Shown here piece by piece: positions 17,576 to 24,000 of a stretch of DNA of 24,000 bases. The stretch is from Thermoplasmata archaeon. Its GTDB lineage: Archaea; Thermoplasmatota; Thermoplasmata; RBG-16-68-12; JAFNFQ01. Positions within the stretch are counted from its first letter, which is position 1, and each line of letters begins with the position of its first letter. The position numbers and the translations under genes are program-made. Below the pieces are notes generated by a model. The model did not search any database. It was not told the origin of the DNA and saw only the letters and a program-made list of their open reading frames with translations. The stretch covers positions 150,447-174,446 of the forward strand of contig JBGPQV010000002.1 of the NCBI GenBank assembly GCA_041489255.1, read 5' to 3'.

Positions 17576-18442
17576 TCACATCGCTTCTTCGATCATCTCT
17601 TTGGGATCTGAGATTCCGAGCTTCTGCTTCAGCGGCATCCCCTGCTTGTACGCCGGCTCCAAGTCCTCGTAAGTGGGCACGCCCTCGGCGACATAGAAAA
17701 TCCCGATCGGTATCCTCTCGCCCCATTCCAGCGCTTTCGTCCAGGCAACCCCTATGTCCTTGGTGTCGTGGTTCTCCTTCTGAAGGTTGTAGACCTTCGG
17801 CCGGAAGTAGTCATAGGTGTTGTATTTGTTGTAGGTCACGCAGGGAGAGAACACGTCGACAAGGGAGAAGCCCTTGTGCTTGATCCCAGCCTCGATGAGC
17901 TCGGCAAGGCCTTTCGGGTCCCCGGAAAATCCGCGCGATATGTAAGTCGCTCCAGAAGCGAGGGCGAGCGCGATCGGGTTGATGGGGTTCTCGATGACTC
18001 CTTCCGGCGTCGATTTCGTCTTCATCTCCTTCAGGGACGTGGGAGAGGCCTGCCCGGTCGTGAGACCGTAGATCTGGTTGTCCATCACGATGTAGGTGAT
18101 GTCGAGGTTCCTCCTCATCGCGTGGATGAAGTGACCGGCGCCGATGCCGTACCCGTCCCCATCTCCACCGGTTCCGATGACCGTCAGCTCGGGGTTCGCC
18201 AGCTTCAGTCCGGTCGCTATCGGCATGACCCTCCCATGGATGCCGTGCACGCCGAATGCTGATAGGAAATGGGGTAGGTTCGACGAACACCCGATGCCCG
18301 AGACGATCGCCACCCGCCAAGGCTCCAGCTTCAGGTTCGTCAGCGCTTTGTGCACCGCGTTCAGGACGGCGTAGTCCCCGCAACCGGGGCACCATGTCGG
18401 CTTCACACCCGACTTGAACTCATAGACCTCCTCGTCAGGCAA
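17576..18442 (-). CDS. korB: 2-oxoacid:ferredoxin oxidoreductase beta subunit (TPP-binding)
   Basis: Contains TWCPGCGDYAVLNA, SGIGCSS and GTGGDGDGYGIGAGHF (TPP/Mg motif). It overlaps the alpha subunit gene by 8 nt. Confidence 0.9.
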   Translation of the reverse strand: MPDEEVYEFKSGVKPTWCPGCGDYAVLNAVHKALTNLKLEPWRVAIVSGIGCSSNLPHFLSAFGVHGIHGRVMPIATGLKLANPELTVIGTGGDGDGYGIGAGHFIHAMRRNLDITYIVMDNQIYGLTTGQASPTSLKEMKTKSTPEGVIENPINPIALALASGATYISRGFSGDPKGLAELIEAGIKHKGFSLVDVFSPCVTYNKYNTYDYFRPKVYNLQKENHDTKDIGVAWTKALEWGERIPIGIFYVAEGVPTYEDLEPAYKQGMPLKQKLGISDPKEMIEEAM

Positions 18443-20189
18443 GCTTCATCACCTCCTTGATCTTCGAGACGATGTGGCGGGGCTCGAAAGGCTCGCCGTC
18501 GTACTTGCGCAGGTGATGGTTCATCTCGATGCTCGTCTCCGCCCTCAATAGGCGGGCGAACTGCCCTGTGTGGTTGCCCTCCACCGCCATCGTCGAGCTC
18601 GCGCTCTTCAGAATCTTCTTCGTTTCGTCCGAGTGGAACGGGAAGACGTAGCAGTATTCGAGCGAGTTGACCTTTACGCGGTTCTCCGCGTTCACCCTTG
18701 AGATCGCCTCTCTAAGAGCGCCTTGAGTGGCCCCCCAGCTCACAAGGGTGAGGTCCGCCCTCTCCGGCCCCCAGAGCTCCGGTCCGGGAGTGTCCTTGAT
18801 GATGCCCTCGAGCTTCCTCATGCGCTTGTCGTGCATCTTCACCCTTCCCTTGAGGGAATCTGGCATTCCCGCCAAGACGTCGCTGATGAGCGTCCCGTCC
18901 TCCAGGTGCTCGTCGCTGCCTGCGATGTGCTCGAATCCCTTCTGGCCGGGGAAGGCGCGCGGAGAGACTCCGGAGTCGGTAACGAGGTACCTCTTGAATT
19001 CCTCGGGCTTCGATTCGTCCGCGATCATTCCGCGGTTGATTGGAACGTTGAAATCGAATGTGCTGACCGTGCCGTAGCTCTCACTCAGCACAAGGTCCGT
19101 CATCAGGATGATCGGTGTCTGATAGACATCCGCCAGGTTGAACGCTTTCACCGTCGTGTCGAAGCATTCCTGCTGGTTCCTGGGGGCGATTATCGCGCGT
19201 GGCCAGTCCCCCTGCCCCGCGCCCATCGCGAGGTTCAGATCGCCCTGCTCGGTCTTCGTCGGGAGACCGGTGGAAGGCCCGCCGCGCTGTGCGAGCACTA
19301 CGACCACAGGGACCTCCAGCATTCCCGCCAGTCCGAGCCCTTCGACCATCAGCGAGAAGCCGCCGCCTGAAGTCGCCGTCATGGCCCTGACTCCGCCCAA
19401 TCCGGCGCCAATCGCCATATTGATGGAGGCCAGCTCATCCTCCGACTGCTTGACCACCACGCCGTTCTTCGGCCCGTGGGCGGCAAGGTAATGGAGGATG
19501 CTGGACGATGGTGTCATCGGATATTGGGCGTGGAACTTCACTCCGGAAGCGAGCGCCCCCATCGCGATGGCTTCATTGCCGGTCACGAGCATACGCCGCT
19601 GCTTCGTATACCTGACCGAGTGCTGGAAGCTCCCTTTCCCCTTCGCGACGAAATCGTGACCCGCCTTCGCCGCTCCGACGTTGGCGTCGATCACATCCTG
19701 CTTCTTAGCACCGAACTGGCTCTTGACGACGCTGACGAAGATGTCGAAGTCCATGTCCAGGAGGCCCACGGCCGCGCCCAAGGCCACGGTGTTCTTCATG
19801 ATCTGCGCAGTGCTGTAGGTACGAGACAATTCCAGAAGAGGGATCTCAACGAGAGTCACGCCTTTCTTGAGTTCGTTCTTCTCGACCTTCACGGCGTTCG
19901 AATCGACGATTATCGCGCCGCCCTCCGTCACATTCTTCGCGTGCAAGTCAGCGGTGTCCTGATTCAGGCAGATCAGGACATCGGGGTCCTCGCCATGGCA
20001 GCTAACCGGGGACTCGCTGGCCCGAACCTGGGTCCAGACGTGCCCTCCACGAATTATGGACTGATAGAACGAATAGGTTGAGACGAAGAGGCCGCTCCTC
20101 GTGCAGGCCCTCGAAAACGTCTCTGCGCTCGAGGCGACCCCGTCGCCAGCCGCCCCGCCGATGCGGAATGATACCTCGCCTTTCTTCAT
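18435..20189 (-). CDS. korA: 2-oxoacid:ferredoxin oxidoreductase alpha subunit (fused gamma-alpha type)
   Basis: A 584-aa protein with an N-terminal gamma-like domain (IGGAAGDGVASSAETF) followed by an alpha domain (GNEAIAMGALASGVKFHAQYPMTPSS, TATSGGGFSLM). The two-subunit architecture is as in Sulfolobus and Thermoplasma. AGGAGG precedes the ATG. Confidence 0.9.
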   Translation of the reverse strand: MKKGEVSFRIGGAAGDGVASSAETFSRACTRSGLFVSTYSFYQSIIRGGHVWTQVRASESPVSCHGEDPDVLICLNQDTADLHAKNVTEGGAIIVDSNAVKVEKNELKKGVTLVEIPLLELSRTYSTAQIMKNTVALGAAVGLLDMDFDIFVSVVKSQFGAKKQDVIDANVGAAKAGHDFVAKGKGSFQHSVRYTKQRRMLVTGNEAIAMGALASGVKFHAQYPMTPSSSILHYLAAHGPKNGVVVKQSEDELASINMAIGAGLGGVRAMTATSGGGFSLMVEGLGLAGMLEVPVVVVLAQRGGPSTGLPTKTEQGDLNLAMGAGQGDWPRAIIAPRNQQECFDTTVKAFNLADVYQTPIILMTDLVLSESYGTVSTFDFNVPINRGMIADESKPEEFKRYLVTDSGVSPRAFPGQKGFEHIAGSDEHLEDGTLISDVLAGMPDSLKGRVKMHDKRMRKLEGIIKDTPGPELWGPERADLTLVSWGATQGALREAISRVNAENRVKVNSLEYCYVFPFHSDETKKILKSASSTMAVEGNHTGQFARLLRAETSIEMNHHLRKYDGEPFEPRHIVSKIKEVMKLA

Positions 20190-20236
20190 AGAGTGCCTCC
20201 TGATTCATCGACTGCTTGACCCGTTTCAAAGGCAAG

Positions 20237-20253
20237 GAAACTTAAATAGTTTC
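20237..20253. promoter_or_regulatory. Palindromic TATA-like element GAAACT-TAAAT-AGTTTC in divergent korA/ridA intergenic region
   Basis: The 6-bp inverted arms flank an AT-rich core. It reads as a TATA-like box on both strands, about 48 nt from the korA ATG and about 85 nt from the ridA ATG. Both genes have SD-like sequences. Confidence 0.35.
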
Positions 20254-20331
20254 ACAATGGCGCGTCTCCATAACGCGAAGCCTTATGTCATGAATGGCGA
20301 TTCGGTCGGCCGAAAAGAAGGAGGTTCAAAG

Positions 20332-20727
20332 ATGTCTCCAAAGAGCGCCCCCAGAATCGAAGGATACTACACGCCCCTCGGTCCATACTCGCACGTGGTC
20401 GCCGCCAACGGCTTCATTTTCCTCTCAGCACAGACCCCCCTGAAACCCGATGGCTCGTCGAAGGAGTTCATCGGCTCAGATGTCAAGGAGCAGACCCGCC
20501 AGGTCCTGTCCAACGTGAAGATGCTGCTGGAGAAGGCGGGCAGCTCCCTGGAAGATGTGGTGAAGGTCACGGTGTACCTGACCAATCCGAAGGACTCGGG
20601 TGCCATGAACGAAGTCTATAGAGAGTTCTTCCCGAAAAACCCGCCCGTGAGATCCCTCGCCAGAATCGGATTGGAGCCGCCGGGCCTCTTGGTCGCGGTG
20701 GACGTCATCGCGGTCCAGAAGAAGTGA
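20332..20727 (+). CDS. ridA: RidA/YjgF family reactive-intermediate deaminase
   Basis: PLGPYSHVVAANGFIFLSAQTP, QTRQVLSNVKMLLEKAGSSLEDVVKVTVYL and AVDVIA are typical of RidA. GGAGGT precedes the ATG at 20332. Confidence 0.88.
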   Translation: MSPKSAPRIEGYYTPLGPYSHVVAANGFIFLSAQTPLKPDGSSKEFIGSDVKEQTRQVLSNVKMLLEKAGSSLEDVVKVTVYLTNPKDSGAMNEVYREFFPKNPPVRSLARIGLEPPGLLVAVDVIAVQKK

Positions 20728-21033
20728 TCAGAAGGCCATCCTCGCGAGCGTCTTCGTGGCCTTGATGCCCTCTATCGCCCGGACTTTGGAGACCACGATC
20801 TCGCCTATCTTGTCGTAGGTCTCCGCCTCGACCTTGGCGATCAGGTCGTACTCGCCGAAGAGCGGGTAGAGCTCCACCACCTCTTCGATCTTGAGGAGAC
20901 GCTGGTAGACGTCTCTCTCCATGGAGGGCTCCACGCTTATGAGCACGAATCCTACCGCCAAATCGTCACCGAATTTTGCGGATGCGTGGGCCGTAGTTAA
21001 GGTTGTCGGTATGGTTCCGATATGCGCTACCAT
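20728..21033 (-). CDS. Stand-alone Lrp/AsnC-type ligand-binding (RAM) domain protein, no HTH
   Basis: AVGFVLISVEPSMERDVYQRLLKIEEVVELYPLFGEYDLIAKVEAETYDKIGEIVVSKVRAIEGIKATKTL matches the AsnC-type C-terminal domain pattern. I chose the start at MVAHIG. The longer ORF would overlap the upstream surface-protein gene. Confidence 0.6.
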   Translation of the reverse strand: MVAHIGTIPTTLTTAHASAKFGDDLAVGFVLISVEPSMERDVYQRLLKIEEVVELYPLFGEYDLIAKVEAETYDKIGEIVVSKVRAIEGIKATKTLARMAF

Positions 21034-21076
21034 AATATTCAGCCGGGGCTGGCGAGGTCTGACGTTGCGGTAGTCA

Positions 21077-22840
21077 TCAGCTTGTGTTGAATTCCTGACT
21101 GTACGTTGCGTAGCCCCAGAGCACGCTGATTTCGACCTTGTAGTTCGTCTGCGGATTCCCGTGGAGTATGAAATAATCGCCAGAAGAAAGGAATCCATTT
21201 GCATCGCCGTCTATGAAGGTCAGGTTCCCGCCTGGGAAGTAGTAGATAGATCCGTTGACCAAGGCGCGGCTATCGAGGACCAGGGTCGAGTTTTCCCGGA
21301 GGGACACGTTGAGATGCTTGCTCAGGTTGAGCTCCTGATGCCACCAGGGCACGCTCACGTTTATCGTCAATGGCATCTGCGTATCTTTGGCTGTGAGACG
21401 AACACGAGGAATGTTGCCAATTATATGGCCATAGCCGGCAATCCATGTTGCGTCAATCGTCCATCCTCCATTGAGCTGGATTCCGAAAGATATTCCCGTC
21501 CTGTTTGCGATGCCGCCGATCGTGAAGCGGTCGCCTGCGTTGAGCATCCCGTTTCCATCAACGTCAGAGTAGCCTATCGTGACTCCATCAGTTGTAGTCA
21601 CGGGCAAATCCGCCATCCGGCCCTGGAGTATTGTATCGTTTCCCGCCGAGTGAAAAGTGAAATTCATCTGGGAGAGCGGGAAATCTCCGGTGTGTCCGTG
21701 CTGCACTACTTCAATCGTCGAGGTGACATTCAGTCCGATTTGATCTCCAACGTGGCGAAGGTGCAATGTGCTGGAGTCACCATCAATGACCAATTGATAT
21801 GGACCACGGTCATGATTCAGGACATACTTGATTCCGCAAATGTAGCCACAGTCTCTCATGCCGCCGCCAAACGACCATAGATAGGTCTGAAACCCGAGGC
21901 CGCTCATCTCGTCAAGATGCAAGCTGAACTGATCGCCGTCGTCGAGCAGGTTGTTGCCATTCAAGTCGAAATAGCGTATCGTCCCGTTCCGAGATGTCCC
22001 GTTCTTCAATGATTGCATCTCGTCCACGACTGGCATGCCCCAATATCCGCCTGACAACGATACATATTCGATAGCCGCGATTATGATCCAAGTGGCAGCC
22101 GAATCGATCAATGGGGCAGCCGAATCGATCAATGGTATGCCCTGTAGATACGCCGGGATTTCATAGACTGCCTTGGTCAATGTGACATTCACAAGATTTA
22201 TGGGGTATCCATCGCCGTCTCGCGTGAGCACCGTATAGGACATCCATCCCGTCTCGTTCCGTTCCCCAGGCATGAGGTAAACCCCCATCACATATGAGAC
22301 CGCATCCATGACTACTCCAATCGACTGGAAGACCATTGGAGTCGGACAAATGAATTCCTCTGCCCAGACGCCTTGCACGTTGTTGAAATCATGGGGCGTG
22401 AAATGGAGGGTCGTTCTGAATCGTTCTCCGACGGCGTACTGCTTATTGATATCTCCGCGGACTAGACCAGAATCATTGCCACATAAAGCGAATTGACCGT
22501 TGAGCTGCACGTACACCTCGCGGCCATAGGTCGTGTTGAAGTAGTTGACTTGCGTGATTATCCCTTCAACGTCTCTCACCTCACCGAGCTTCCAGTGCTC
22601 ATGGAGGATAACCTCGTCCGCAGTGTATGGTCTGTAATAGATATGCCATAGGCCGTAGGATGCACTCGACACGATGGTGAATGCGACTAGAACGGCAATG
22701 TCCGCGCCCCACCGTCCAATCCGCAACCTATTCTTCACCAGATACGATGATAACCAATCGTCACCCTTAAAACTATTCTTGGGGCGAATGGCAGCCGTGT
22801 CAAGAATGATTATCACGGAAGACAACGCGGGAGCAACCAT
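21077..22840 (-). CDS. Large membrane-anchored/secreted surface protein, sequon-rich, with three repeated D-x-[DN]-G-N-x-x-L-x-x-G-D-x-F motifs
   Basis: Has hydrophobic N-terminal segments and about 17 N-x-S/T sequons. The motifs are DLNGNNLLDDGDQF (21926-21967), DVDGNGMLNAGDRF (21524-21565) and DGDANGFLSSGDYF (21170-21211). The region is AT-richer than its flanks. I prefer the ATG at 22840 over the TTG at 22858. Confidence 0.65.
   Translation of the reverse strand: MVAPALSSVIIILDTAAIRPKNSFKGDDWLSSYLVKNRLRIGRWGADIAVLVAFTIVSSASYGLWHIYYRPYTADEVILHEHWKLGEVRDVEGIITQVNYFNTTYGREVYVQLNGQFALCGNDSGLVRGDINKQYAVGERFRTTLHFTPHDFNNVQGVWAEEFICPTPMVFQSIGVVMDAVSYVMGVYLMPGERNETGWMSYTVLTRDGDGYPINLVNVTLTKAVYEIPAYLQGIPLIDSAAPLIDSAATWIIIAAIEYVSLSGGYWGMPVVDEMQSLKNGTSRNGTIRYFDLNGNNLLDDGDQFSLHLDEMSGLGFQTYLWSFGGGMRDCGYICGIKYVLNHDRGPYQLVIDGDSSTLHLRHVGDQIGLNVTSTIEVVQHGHTGDFPLSQMNFTFHSAGNDTILQGRMADLPVTTTDGVTIGYSDVDGNGMLNAGDRFTIGGIANRTGISFGIQLNGGWTIDATWIAGYGHIIGNIPRVRLTAKDTQMPLTINVSVPWWHQELNLSKHLNVSLRENSTLVLDSRALVNGSIYYFPGGNLTFIDGDANGFLSSGDYFILHGNPQTNYKVEISVLWGYATYSQEFNTS
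22094..22135. repeat. Perfect 2 x 21-bp tandem duplication inside the surface-protein gene
   Basis: GGCAGCCGAATCGATCAATGG appears twice back to back (22094-22114 and 22115-22135). It is in frame and encodes PLIDSAA-PLIDSAA. Confidence 0.95.
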
Positions 22841-22876
22841 GAATACCTTGCACGCCAATAATCATGGTTCAAGACG

Positions 22877-23347
22877 ATGAGAAAAGAGACGCGCCACAAG
22901 AGATGCATGCAGAGCTGCGTCCCCTATCCGTTTGAAACGCTGAGACGCTGCTACGTCACGTTGTTCGGCGGCGTCTCACCCGACCTGCAGGCATATCAGG
23001 TCGGAATCAATAGAGAGGCGCTCGCCGGCAACACAGAACTGGACGCCCTTGACAGGGTGGCGGTTGGTATCCTAGGCGAAGGTCGCACGCGCCCCTTCTT
23101 CATGGAGAGGCTCTACGACGTCACGGCTCTCGACGCCACGACGCCAGACGCGATCGCGAAATCGGCATTCGGCGAGGCGGTGTTCTCGGTCGAGCTGGAC
23201 ATGGGAAGAAGGCCGTTCGACTCCCTCAGGGAAGGCCGTATGATCGTCCTCAGCGCGGTCTTGGCCGACCCTGAGGCGGAAGGCATGGGATGGCGGCTGG
23301 ACCTGCTCGCCAAGGCCCTCCGCGAACTCCGCATACTCGAATCCTAG
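22877..23347 (+). CDS. Hypothetical protein
   Basis: A 156-aa ORF with GC-rich third positions and balanced composition. I recognise no motif. An alternative start (MQSCV) lies at 22907. Confidence 0.4.
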   Translation: MRKETRHKRCMQSCVPYPFETLRRCYVTLFGGVSPDLQAYQVGINREALAGNTELDALDRVAVGILGEGRTRPFFMERLYDVTALDATTPDAIAKSAFGEAVFSVELDMGRRPFDSLREGRMIVLSAVLADPEAEGMGWRLDLLAKALRELRILES

Positions 23348-23401
23348 ACTCCGCGCGATTTCTGAAAAACCTTATCTCACACTCCCTTCTACTGATTGCC
23401 G

Positions 23402-23992
23402 ATGCGCATCGGAGTCGTTGGTCTGCAGGGAGACGTCAGCGAGCATGTCGAGGCGGTCAAGCTCGCGTTGAAGAAATCGGGTCGGCATGGCGACGTGATC
23501 CTCCTCCGTCGACCTGAGGACCTGGAGAAGGCCGACGCCGCCACGATTCCCGGCGGGGAGAGCACGACGATTTCGAAGCTGCTGATCAAGTCGGGTCTCT
23601 TCGAGCCGCTCAGGCGCAGAGGAAAGGAGGGCATGCCGATACTGGGCACCTGCGCGGGCTGCATCCTTCTTTCGAAGGAAGCGGGGAATCAGGCTGAGAA
23701 GACGAAGACCACCTTGCTTGCCCTGATGGATATGGAGGTCGACCGCAACGCTTTCGGGCGGCAGAAGGAGAGCTTCGAGGCCCCACTGACCATCGAGGGA
23801 CTTGACGGGCCGTTCAAGGGGGTCTTCATCAGGGCCCCCGCCATCGTGAAGGTCTGGGGCGAATGCAGGGATCTGGCCAGGTTCGGCGACTCGATCGTGC
23901 TGGCCAGACAGGGAAACCTTGTGGGCGCCGCGTTCCATCCGGAGCTCGGCGGGGACACGAGGTTCCATGAATGGTTCCTTAGCCTGATCTAG
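23402..23992 (+). CDS. pdxT: Pyridoxal 5'-phosphate synthase glutaminase subunit PdxT
   Basis: MRIGVVGLQGDVSEH, IPGGESTT, GTCAGCILL (catalytic Cys), VDRNAFGRQ, GVFIRAP and AFHPEL (catalytic His/Glu) are all present. Confidence 0.9.
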   Translation: MRIGVVGLQGDVSEHVEAVKLALKKSGRHGDVILLRRPEDLEKADAATIPGGESTTISKLLIKSGLFEPLRRRGKEGMPILGTCAGCILLSKEAGNQAEKTKTTLLALMDMEVDRNAFGRQKESFEAPLTIEGLDGPFKGVFIRAPAIVKVWGECRDLARFGDSIVLARQGNLVGAAFHPELGGDTRFHEWFLSLI

Positions 23993-24000
23993 GGGATCAG

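Overview
GC-rich, densely coded chromosomal segment that looks archaeal, probably Thermoplasmatota-like. This is an inference from gene content: class I LysRS, a GfcR/PyrE-like HTH-PRTase regulator, a Sulfolobus/Thermoplasma-type zinc ferredoxin, a two-subunit 2-oxoacid:ferredoxin oxidoreductase, a COG2512-like membrane-anchored wHTH regulator, tRNAs without encoded CCA, and TATA-like boxes about 27 nt upstream of the tRNA 5' ends. Most genes are housekeeping: pyrK-like (cut by the window edge), DUF885, tupABC-like tungstate ABC transporter, lysK, ferredoxin, MBL hydrolase, eIF-2B-family protein, GltD/NfnB-like oxidoreductase, korAB-like OFOR, ridA and pdxT. I folded two tRNAs by hand, tRNA-Gln(CUG) and tRNA-Leu(UAG), and found one tRNA-Gln(CUG)-like 3' fragment. 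I saw no CRISPR array, transposase or integrase. Five things merit a second look. (1) An intact bacterial-type glutaminyl-tRNA synthetase starts 30 nt downstream of tRNA-Gln(CUG) in an otherwise archaeal context, beside a vapBC module and the second, 5'-less tRNA-Gln-like sequence. (2) A membrane-tethered wHTH regulator with a Met/Gly-rich loop is paired with a small secreted Met/His/Gly/Cys-rich peptide, and the spacer between them carries repeated TGAAAY motifs. (3) A Ras-like small GTPase is fused to a C-terminal winged-helix domain and has an uncharacterised upstream partner. (4) An AT-richer gene encodes a large, sequon-dense surface protein with three copies of a D-x-[DN]-G-N-x-x-L-x-x-G-D-x-F motif and a perfect in-frame 21-bp tandem duplication. 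(5) An AT-richer orphan membrane-protein gene downstream of glnS is preceded by a 16-bp palindrome. All functional calls rest on motif recognition by eye. No database search was possible.
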